A stretch of DNA of 64,000 nt, from NCBI GenBank assembly GCA_020137815.1, contig CM035359.1, positions 1,922,001 through 1,986,000 on the forward strand. Reading direction: 5' to 3'. A program made the position numbers and the translations under genes. Below the pieces are notes generated by a model that was not told where the DNA came from, searched no databases, and was given only the letters and a program-made list of their open reading frames with translations. This DNA comes from Hormiphora californensis (Eukaryota > Animalia > Ctenophora). Positions 12,773 through 25,015 of the stretch are shown here, one piece after another; position 1 is the stretch's first letter; each line of letters begins with the position of its first letter.

Positions 12773-15700
12773 CCTTTCTATTCCTTTATGAGGGTGACTG
12801 CGGACGTGATAGTTTAGCGGTATCCATGTGAACTTTAGGCTTCCCTGGAGTTGCTCCACGTGGCAGGCCTGGTGATTAGAGGAAGGCAAGAGAAATGAGA
12901 ACTAGAGGGCACGAGAGAGAGAGAGAACTATAGGAGGGGCGAGGGAGAGGGAAAGTGATAGACTAACCGCAGTAGACTGTAAGGTGGCCTCAATGGTGTG
13001 ACAGGGTCTATAGATATTATTTTATAGCCCACACTAATGATCTCTAATCGGCCAATTAAAGTGACCTATCTCTGTCGTGGTGCACGCGTATAAAAACCAC
13101 TGCCCCACCTCCAATGACACAGCCCTCTGCAGTAACAACACCAGTTTAATCAAGCGAACTTCACAAACCTATCTCTCAAGATGAAGCTTACTATTGCCTT
13201 TGGGTAAGTTACCTGACTCGCACAAAACTTGACCGACTTCAGCTGATATCATGTCTTTCGTTGAGTTTTGAGTGAGTTGTTAGATGTTTTAATAACCTTC
13301 TCTTTATTTCTCAGACTCTTCCTTGTCCTGTGTATCGGAGTTATGACTGAGGTCGAGGGACACGGTACGTAACCAAATGCTGTTACCATGGTTACCCAGT
13401 TGTTACCATGGTTACAATTGTAACCAGATCAGTTTTCAAAACACTAGATCATTTAATGCTGTTAACAGCATCCCTCTCCAAAACCCTGTTCCCCCTTCCG
13501 GAACTAACCCATCCCCCCTCTCTCAGCGGCCGGCAGGAGCAACTGGATGGGCAGGAACGAGGAGAGAATCGACACTGCCGCGGAAATGAGGGACTCGGAG
13601 GAGGTTGTTGCTGCTGAGATGAACTCCGCAGAGGATGGCCCACGCCGTTAGACACACCCGCTTTGAGAGTGAGACCCGTGGAACAGAGAAAGGAATCCCT
13701 CCCTATGATTCGAGTCCTCCACTGCATCCCTCGAATAACACACAGAACACTTAGCACACACGTTTTATTTTTGCCTAAAGATGTCTTAATTTTCCTTGAA
13801 TCGTAAAGAATAAAATAACTGGTTATTTTGTCTATGTCGGAAACACTGGGGTTTGAAAATTCAAGTCAGTCAGTCAGTCAGTCAGTCAGTCAGTGAGTCA
13901 GTCAGTCAGTCAGTGAGTCAGTCAGTGAGTCAGTCAGTCAGTCAGTCAGTCAGTCAGTCAGTCAGTCAGTCAGTCAGTCAGTCAGTCAGTCAGTCAGTCA
14001 GTCAGTCAGTCAGTCAGTCAGTCAGTCAGTCAGTCAGTCAGTCAGTCAGTCAGTCAGTCAGTCAGTCAGTCAGTCAGTCAGTCAGTCAGTCAGTCAGTCA
14101 GTCGACAGTCAGTCAGTCATAATGGAGACCATAATGGAGAGCATACAAATAAAACGGCTGTAGTAAGTAGTAGTAGTTAGTAGACCCGTTCGCCCGTCGG
14201 GCGAATTTCAATTATGTAAGACAAATGAAACATGTTCATCCATCATATGATGTTCTTCTGAATCAGATTCAGAGCTAGAGATGGATGAACATGCCAGGAC
14301 TTCTATCACCTCCTTGTCTTGGATACGTGAAAAGGAAGGGCCCGTATCGCTTAGTGTTTCCTCCTTCTCTTGGATGAGTGAAGAGGAATGACCCGTATCG
14401 CTTAGTGTTTCCTCCTTGTCATGCTCTCTGACAGCAGCAGATCTTCTGGACCTATATAACCGTTGCCGAATAGCGCTTGGGGTGGAAGAGCTGGACATCA
14501 GGACAAAACTAAAAGAATGCACGTGCAGAATTGAATCGGCCCTTAGTACCCAATACAACTGGCAGGGAGGTCTCCAAGTTCCTCTAATAATTGCACGTGC
14601 AAATAGTGGAGTTGCTAGGTGACCTCTGTCACACAATTTGAATAGTAAGTAGTATGATATGAATTCGACTGGGGCTAAAATTACATATTTAAGGTCCTCT
14701 GGTATGTCCTACAACCCTACGGTGAGAGATTTCCCTGCACTCGAAAAAAATTCGGTCGGAGTACCCTTAAACCTATAAAACAATTCTCAACCCTTCACTG
14801 CAAGCTGGTAGAAGAAGACAACGCATTAGCTCTCTGATCCTTTGTGGGCAACCTTAAGATTCATGGACCCTATGGACTATACCCAATATATGTGAAGCTT
14901 CTACAAATACTGGGGGGGGGGGGGCAAATACTACACTGCCATCCGTTCGCTCTGCCTCCTAAAACATGTCCAAGCCTGACTGACTCAATGACTGATTAAC
15001 TCACTTACTCACTGTTCAACAAAATAAAACAATCATTTTATTCTACCAAAAGGATTCTGAGATTTCTAAACACTATGATCTTGTAAGCACACAGAATGAT
15101 AATTTTTTGTATTTTAAACAAGGTATGTGGAAAAATATAAACCCTTGGCTGGGAGGGGTTCCTTTCTCTGTTCCACGGGTCTCACTCTCAAAGCGGGTGC
15201 GTCTAACGGCGAGGCCCTGCATCCTCTGCAGAGTTCATCATCTCAGCAGCAACAACCTCCTCTGTGTCTCTGCAGGGAGAGAGAAATATAAAATCATTTG
15301 TTCACTGTTCAGTGGTTCAACGGTATCGTGTGTTAGGTGTTTTACCCGACAGGATGTACAAAAAGATGCAGGACCGGTATATCCCAGTATACTAGTGTTA
15401 TCACAGTACAGATACCACAGATTATTATCATACGATACATATAATTCGGAAACAGATTCGGATCATAGTCCTAAAAAACACCGGAGCAGTCACGCTTCCT
15501 TGAAGAAACTCGGTTCTCATTTCACCTCATTTCAGCGGTATCGTATATTTTCTCCTCGTGTTCACCCAAACGGACTGAGGGAGGAAAAATAGGTCAAATT
15601 TTAGAGGAAATAGGTGAAATGTTAGAGGAAATAGGTGAAATGTTAGAGGAAATTGAAAAAGAAACTGGTGATTCAAAAACGGATGTGATAATGGTAGTTG

Positions 15701-18700
15701 GTACACTTAGACCGTATAATAGTGTGATACAATAATAATGATCACAACTTACAGTATCCTTCGACCTCAGTCATACCTCCAATGCAGCACAGGACAAGGA
15801 AGAGTCTGAAAAATAAAGAGATGGCTATTAAATCATTGCACAATACAACTCAAACTCAACGAAAGACATGATACCAACTGAAGTGGTCAAGTTTTGTGCG
15901 AGGTAACTTACCCAAAGGCAATAGTTAGCTTCATCTTGAGAGATAGGTTTGTGGAGTTCGCTTGATTAAACTGTGGTAGAGTCGAGAGCAGTGTCATTGG
16001 GGATGGGGGTATGGGTTTTTATACGCATGCACTGCGACAGAGGTAGGTCACTTTAATTGGCGGATAATTATAATTGACCAATTGTGTTTGTAATTTCTTT
16101 CTTTCCTTCTTCTACTGGTTGGGCAAAACAAAGGCTCCCCTAGTATATATATATAGGCTCCCCTAGTATATATATAGGCTCCTAGTATATAGGCCCCTAG
16201 TATATATATATAGGCCTAGACAACCATAGTACCAGATATCGTGAAGCGCTCGTCCCTATAATTCTAATTGTACACAGCCCGTCCTTTGAAACAATGGTTT
16301 GGAAATAAGTTGTTTCAATATGTTGTTGCTCTCGGTTCATAATTGGCTTTGTTGAATTCTATCGTGTCTAATCCTAATTATCCATGGCTCGTGTCTCTCT
16401 AGTTCCCCATCTGATATATTGTATGCCACTATATATTATGCTACTATATATCTAATCGTGATTGGTGTTAGCAACACCTCATGGAGACCTCCATTTTAAT
16501 GAGTTTGGGTATTACTGGGAATCTGGTATTTATTTAACAGGAACCGACCGAAACAAGTAAACAACCGGGGGGGTCGTCATGTTAATGTTAATGTTTCATG
16601 AAAATTTTTAAAATGTTAACATTAACATTATTAACATTATTAACATTATTAACATTATTAACAAAAAAAAGAAGCTTTTTTAAGTCTTTTTGAAGCTTTT
16701 AATCCCGCTTTAATAGATCATTTGCGTTATTTTTGACAATATTATACGTACTACCCATCCAATCAACACTGATATACAGTCGAACCCCGATTTAATGGCC
16801 CCCGATTTAGTGGCACCCGTACCCCGATTTAGTGGCAGGATTTTTTCCCCAAAAATTTTTTTGAATTTTTTTTGACCCGCCACTAGTGCGGTAATATGAC
16901 GAAAATTTTTCGGCATAATCGTTCTAAAGCTAATTCCACTTCTAGGGTACTCTATAGGGTCCCTAGAATCAACCCCTGAAGTTGTCGCAAGATCGGCGAT
17001 GAAGAACTTGCCTTAATTGGGCCTAATTGGTTACAGGGTACTTTCAGCATGAAGCCAAAACCATAAGTACCCTTAAAATAGGAGTATAGACAAAACCGAG
17101 GGCACTAAAGTGATCAGCGTCCTCGCATTAGTGGGGGTAGGTGCTGGAATTAAGTCTCTATCTCATCTGGTTAATTAGTTAATTGGATAATTAGATCGGC
17201 ACATAGCCGTTTTCGGCCATATGGCTATAGCCACTTAGGAATGGTTTAGAGACATTTCACGGGTGCCATCTTGTAGACAATGGCCAAGTTGTGGGTGGTC
17301 GACGTCGGACTTTTATGCTCTATCTCCAACCGTTTAGCCGTTATTTGGTTTGCTCAAAATCGGGCTTTTTACCGTTTTTTGCTCATTTTGAGCACCTTTA
17401 AAGCCAAATAACGGCTAAACGGTTGGAGATAGAGCTTAAAAGTCCGACGTCGACCCCCCCATAACTTGGCCATTGCCTACAAGATGGCACCAGTGAAATG
17501 TCTCTAAACCATTCCTAAGTGGCTACAGCCATATGGCCGAAAACGGCTATGTGCAGATCTAATTATCCAATTAACTAATTAACCAAATGAGATAGAGACT
17601 TAATTCCAGCACCAACCCCCACTAATGCGAGGACGCTGACCATTTAAGTGCCCTCGGTTTTGTCTCTACTCCTTTCCTAACATAGCTATAGCCATATGGC
17701 CAAAAACGGCTATGCGCAGAGCTGATTATCCAATTATCTGATTAACCAGATGAGATAGAGACTTAACTCCAGCACCTACCCCCACTAATGCGAGGACGCT
17801 GATCACTTTAGTGCCCTCGGTTTTGTCTCTACTCCTATTTTAAGGGTATTTATGGGTTTGGCTTCAGGCTGAAAGCACCCTGTTACCAATCAGGCCCAAT
17901 TAATGCAATTTCGTTATCGCCGATCTTGCGACAACTTCAGGGGTTGTTTCTAGGGACCCTATAGAGTATCCTAGAAGTGGAATTAGCTTTAGAACGATTA
18001 TACCGAAAAATTTTCGTCCTATTACCGCACTATTTATACATTAAACTGGTGTTCTTTACTCTTATACCCCTCCTTTGTTATAATGACCCTTTTCTTACCT
18101 CAAAACCTTTTCTGAAATCCAAACAATTATCCTAGCTATGAAATATCTGCCATGGGAGATAGTGAGTTTATGATAGAAACACCTAAAAACACATAAAACA
18201 GCTATAAACCGACTAAAAACATCTAAAACGCGATTTTTGTTAATTTTGTTAATTTTGTTAATTTTGTTAATGTTTCACCAAGGGTCGTTTGTTAATTAAC
18301 AAAACATTAACAAAATTAACATGACGACCCCCCCAAACAACCAATCAGAACTCGTTATTTAGGTCACGTGACAGGTTATCAGCCAATCAGGGACTAGTAT
18401 TTCCTGATTCGGTTGGTTCCTGTTATTTAATTTGCATCATTACAGAGTGTGGAGTGTGGGCATCCCGGTGTGGCCCAATAGATGCCTGGTATGTTACCGG
18501 ATTTGATGGTGGGGAACGTGAGCTTATCGGATTTACTACAGGTCAGTATATAACCTCTTATCTCTCTACTTAATCTGACCAAACAACCCTGATAATGTAT
18601 GTTATGTCAGTATCCTAACGTTCCCTAATCCCTAACTGTTCCCTAACTGTATCCCTATATTCTGCAGTGTACGCAGAGTACCTCCTACTCCACCCCGGCC

Positions 18701-21700
18701 CCGAGTACAGGTCCATATACGATGGTGTTAGAGAGAAGAGCTTCCTTAGTAAAACTGTGATCGAGATACTGGAGGGAGAACCTGGTGAGTCGAAAATATC
18801 AAAAGGAGACAATTGAGATCATAATTTCATAAAAAAAAGCAATCTTCAGAACGATAAAATATAATGGCGAATTTAAATTTGCACTGCATAATTAGATATA
18901 TATATCATGATCAACCAGCAACCTAAAAGTGTGTCACTGCAAAATTCGTGATCACTTCCATGTATCATCACAATATTTCTCATCACTCTGTTTACACGGC
19001 TAACTAAGTTAACTGCTAACTTATAATTGTCTTTTATTTACAGAACAGTCCTTGGAGGATCTGATACAGCGAGTTCAACAAGTGATCCCTCCCTTTGGTA
19101 GCAGTCGTACTGGTGGTCTAACTGAGGAGGATCTTTTGAAGAATGCCCAGTTTCTACTGGAACAGATTGAGAGTTATGATATGGTAAGAGATGGGATGCA
19201 GGGGAGATTACATGTTGTTGGAGCAGTCAACAGAGTTATATTATTGTGGTTTAACTGGATTGTTCGGGGAGTGGAGATGTCACGCTGACACACTTTGTCC
19301 AAATTTGTCATGAGACACAGGACTCACAACATGCATGAGAACCTCACTTTGTCATGACAAGGTACACAAACGGATTAAACGCGGAACACAAGAAAGGAAG
19401 TCCAAATCCGTACAAAATTGAAGATGCTAGGTAGAAAGGCTTGTTGTCTCCTCCAAATGTAAACTCACTTCTCGTCCCCACGGCCAGAATTGCGGAATCG
19501 TATAACTTGTCAGTCACCACAATCATATTGATGATGGAGCAGGCGGTGATAAGGCTCCCAAAGTTGGAGATAATGATCTTGACGCTACCCCTCGCACTTC
19601 TCTGTTGTGACTGGGGACTAACTTTATTCATGTATACTTTAACCAGCTCGACCACCGTTACCGCAGAAGCCAGGAGGGCTAGGAACTGGAAGATGAAGAC
19701 ACAGAAGTTGACTGTTAGATAAGCACTCATCACATTTGGAAGGGGCAGCCACAATATCGTGTACTTTGTCTGGATGAACGATAGGAATACTTGATGAGCA
19801 CAGACCACGTATAGAGCAGTCATGTCCGTGCCTTTATCCCGTATCATGTCACCATATGCTATGGTGTTGTAACCAATAGCGACCACTGTAACTACGGTAA
19901 CCAGCTTCTTGGAGATCTTATTAAACGGGTATCGGATCTGGTACAGCCGTGTGGTGGCCAACATGCCAGTAATGATACATGGGGCGTATCCAAGGGTAAA
20001 GGAGATGGTACTAAAGACTCGGTTCAAAGTTGAGGGATGATGATACCCGAAATGTTCGTAGTTTTCAGTGCAGTTCCAGAAGAACCCAATTAACCCTTTC
20101 TCGTCCTCGAAACATCTCTCCATTTTGGGTGTTGCAATGTTGTAGGCCATCCACGGGGCTAGCAGGGTGCAGGTCAGGAGGTCTACAGACTGGAGAAAGA
20201 GGTAGAGGTTCCGTGCTATTGATGGTGGTTTCTGGTAGCCATGGTGAAGAGATTTGAGGTTGAGAGCGGCAGAGATCAGTGCAAGGAGGAGGATGAAAGT
20301 AGTTAGGTAGATGTCCGGGGATGTGAATCCTCCGTCGCTGAATAGCGCCATGGGTCCTGCAGAAGACAAATACTTGAACTTAGTAGGAGACACTCGCGTG
20401 GTACACACAAAAAGCAAACCCAGACAATGCATGGAATAACACGTCTCGTGAAGGCGTGTTTTTTGTGTGCGTTATACCACGCCAACATTACCTTACTAAA
20501 TGGCTAGCTACAAAATGATGATCGGCACTGCCTGGAAGAGTGAGAAAGAGAAGACATGGTTCAGATGAAATTAGGCACCAGGTGTTATAGTGTCAACTAC
20601 AACACCCGTACAACACCGGCCAGTTTAGAATTTTCTTAGAAGCACACTGCACAGACAGACAGAGTTCAGCGAAAGAGGGACTGACCAGGAGAGAGACTTG
20701 GGACGCAAATCACCAATATAGTTTATCTCCTTTGCCTAACAACGAACTTCAGCACTGAGTCAATTTATCTCAATTATATAATTGAGAAAATATAGTGACT
20801 CACCATATAGTGACTCACCATATGGTGCAGTTATGAAGCGGGCACCTGATATAAAGTTTCTCTTACTTTACGAAATACGAAATGAAACTGGAAATGATTG
20901 AACTAAGTAAACTGGGCATAAAATAAAAAGTGAGTTGAGCTGAGTTCAATCTGAGTTGAGTTGAAATAAAAGCTGAATTAAGTTGAACAATTGGTAGGAC
21001 AAAAGGTGGGCGCCTGAGTTTGTATTGAGACCTTTGCAGCCACTATTTGTAGTATGTAGCGACGAAGCATCTGTTTTTAGCCGGGGTCCGACTGTAATAA
21101 TATGCATGACGTCTCAAAAGTAACAAAATCATGGCACCTTTTGCCATACTAATTTCTATTCAAATTTTGACGTCAAGGTCCATCGTCATTTTTCTCCCCT
21201 CCTTCCCCTATATCATCCATCTTCAAAATTTGAATAGAAATCATTAGTACAGGGTGTTCATTTTGGATCTTTACAAGCGTTGGGCTTCACCCAGAAAAAA
21301 GTTGACAAGATTAGGTCATGAAACTTCATACTTGGACTATTCTATACCCTCATTCAAGGTTCCTGGGGGTTTTGGAGCGTTAGGACCCTGGGAAGTGTGT
21401 TTTTGGCATCAAAACTAACAAAAGGAATTTTTGCTGGTGCTGAGACTTTGCTAAAATGTTTTTTGGGTATTTTCTATGTCAATCCTAAAGTTTCATAGAG
21501 ATTGGATGTGTTTTTCGGACTCAAAATTTCGATAAAAGTGGCTGGAAAGGCTCGAAAACAGCTCAAAAACGGCCAAAATTGAGTCTTTCTAGCCACTTTT
21601 TACGAAATTTTGAGTCTGAAAAACACATCCAATCTCTATGAAACTTTAGGATTGACATAGAAAATACCCAAAAAACATTTTAGCAAAGTCTCAGCACCAG

Positions 21701-24700
21701 CAAAAAATTCCTTCTGGTAGTTTTGATGCCAAAAACACACTTCCCGGGGTGCTAGAGCTCCAAAACCCCCAGGAACCTTGAATGAGGGTATAGAATAGTC
21801 CAAGTATGAAGTTTCATGACCTAATCTTGTCAACTTTTTTCTGGGTGAAGCCCAACGCTTGTAAAGATCCAAAATGAACACCCAGTACAAAAGATGACAT
21901 AATTCTGTTTCTTTTGCCTTCCCCTAGATAACGTCTCTCCCCTATATCCCCCTATATCTCCTTACCTCCTCTATGATATCTCCTTCCTTCCCATATATCC
22001 CCCTTTTTCCGCTATATAATGCCTCCCCCCCCAGGCAGCGGATGAGGACGAGGACCAGCTGATGATGACCCTTCCTGCTGTTACAGGTATCTTCATTTTA
22101 CTAACACCCTTCCCGATTCATCTTACTAACACACTTCCTGATTCATCTTACTAGTTCACCCTTCCTGATTCCAACTCCTTCGTGATTCCGTCCCCCTTTC
22201 TTAGTACCTAAATCCATTTTAATCTCACCAACCCCCTCTACGTCTCTATTCTCTTCCTAAAGTTCATAAACAAAGCACCACTTTTTACTCTTCTCACACT
22301 CTAACCCATGATACACCGTGGCAGGGCTAATGTCGCTAGCTGGTGCAGATCAAATAGATAGAAAGGAATCTAAGACTAAACGAAGAAACAGGACAGCAGG
22401 AACTAAGGTAATGTGGGATTTTAAAACGAGTTATAGAGAGTGATATTATATGCTGTGGTTTTTCTGTCGACTTTATATATTCGAATATGATTCTAACTAG
22501 CAGTATGATTTTATAGTACGGTTTCAGTTGTCATAGAAACAGGCATATTATCACATAACCACTACTTTATTGAAAGTCACGATCTCAGTATTTACAACGA
22601 AATAATACAGCTGTATTTAGGACGCAACACATCACACATGTTTCATAGAATCCCTGAGGGAAACCAATCATCAGTAATTTAATATAACTCATTAGATATA
22701 ACTCATACCACATAACTGTGTCATCACAAATCACGATGCGGTTTCATAACTTACCCAACCGTCCTTCTTAGCCGACTCAAACTGACCCGCCCTTCCTTCT
22801 TAGCCGAGTGGACCAAGAAAGACCAAGAGTACGGACACATCACACGCAACTGTTACACCCCTGGTACAGGCAACTTTTGAGGGGCTGTTCTTTGATCAAT
22901 TGTCACATGCTGATACCGGCGAGGTAGGTTAGGGGCGAGAAAGAGGGGGGGGGTATGATGTAGTTTAGCAGAGAAAGAGGGGGAATGAGGTAGGACGGGG
23001 CGAGAAAGTGGTGCCATCAGTCTCATCCCGTGCCATCCCGTACCCCTTTTTTGTACTATAAAACTGCACTATAAAACTGCAGTCTGCACTATAAAAATAT
23101 GCAGATACCCCATTAACAATACAGGGTGTTCATTTTGGATCTTTACAAGCGTTGGGCTTCACCCAGAAAAAAGTAGACAAGATCAGGTCATGAAACTTCA
23201 TACTTGGACTATTCTATACCCTCATTCAAGGTTCCTGGGGGTTTTGGAGCTCTAGCACCCCGGGAAGTGTGTTTTTGGCATCAAAACTACCAGAAGGAAT
23301 TTTTTGCTGGTGCTGAGACTTTGCTAAAATGTTTTTTGGGTATTTTCTATGTCAATCCTAAAGTTTCATTGAGATTGCATGTGTTTTTCAGACTCAAAAT
23401 TTCGTAAAAAGTGGCTGGAAAGACTCAATTTTAGCCGTTTTTGAGCTGTTTTCGAGCCTTTCCAGCCCCTTTTATCGAAATTTTGAGTCTGAAAAACACA
23501 TCCAATCTCAATGAAACTTTAGGATTGACATAGAAAATACCCAAAAAACATTTTAGCAAAGTCTCAGCACCAGCAAAAAATTCCTTCTGGTAGTTTTGAT
23601 GCCAAAAACACACTTCCCGGGGTGCTAGAGCTCCAAAACCCCCAGGAACCTTGAATGAGGGTATAGAATAGTCCAAGTATGAAGTTGCATGACCTGATCT
23701 TGTCAACTTTTTTCTGGGTGAAGGCCAACGCGTGTAAAGATCCAAAATGAACACCCAGTACAACCCAATTAGACTGATGGAGGACCCAGAAAGAGATGTG
23801 GTGTTTGTACGGGTTGCAAGGCTGAGGATTGTGGTACTTGTGGCACATGCAAAGATAAAATCAAGTTTGGGGGCTCAGGAAAAAGACGCCAGGCGTGCCT
23901 CAATCGAGGGTAAATACCCGATATATTTACTATTAATTGTTTGTACGTTTCACAGATTTCAAACTCTTCAACGTCCGGTGGCCAAGACAGTCTCAAAAAG
24001 TCACAGATCTTGTCCCGCAACCTGTCACACTCTTCTTGTCCCTTGGCGCGCTCGCTGAACATCTCACTTCTTTAGAAAGTACATCAGTACGCATCAGTTC
24101 TCCCGCGGTGCGCGCGCAGTCTGTCTCTCTATCCCTCCTCCAACTGCAGCATGCAGCATGTGTTGGAAGGTGTCCAAATATTATGTGGTTGTTAATTAGA
24201 TAAACAACCTCAATATTCCTAACTGCTACTTACTTTGTTCAAACCCCTTTTCCGGCTGCGGATAAAGAGGGTCGACCATATAGTTTCATAAACGCATTCT
24301 CTCAGATGTGTTGATATGCAACCGAAAGAAGAGAAAGATAAACCTGTGAAGGACAGCAAATCCAAGATAAAAACAGTACGATCCAAAATGCAGATTTCAG
24401 GAGATACAGATGGAGAGTTCACTGGCGATGTGCTGAAAACAAAAGGTACTGTTCCTTCTCTCACTTCCTTTAGTTCAGATTGACAGTTGATGGTGAAAGT
24501 GAGGGTGGTAGCCCTTACAATAAGGCCAAGGGAGGAGAAGAGACATGATTTCATATTGTTAGCACTCCAATGTTATCTTGACATCTATCGAATATCTACT
24601 CTACAAATATAAAAGCAGTTATCTACTCTATGCCTATAAAACGTCTCTCTAGGTGGTAAAACCTACTATAGTTCTGCCGAGGTGGAAGGGTATTCGATCC

Positions 24701-24834
24701 AACTTGGTGACTATGTTACACTCCAAGCTGAGGATGATAGTGGTCAGGAGGGCCAATGGGTCGCTAGAATAGTCGCCATGTTCAGGAGAGGAAATGTGGA
24801 AACACTCCACGTGCAGTGGTTCAGGTTGGGAATC

Positions 24835-24899
<65 letters not shown>

Positions 24900-24918
24900 C
24901 CTCTCTTCTCTCTCTCTC

Positions 24919-25015
<97 letters not shown>

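Noticed and set aside
21636-23848. Repeated '[14 protein letters not shown]' ORFs
   Set aside because: Arise from palindromic MITE arms; no transposase motifs
24161-24203. 'GRCPNIM' as the continuation of the CXXC domain
   Set aside because: Poor acceptor and early stop; exon 24306-24445 has a good acceptor and correct phases
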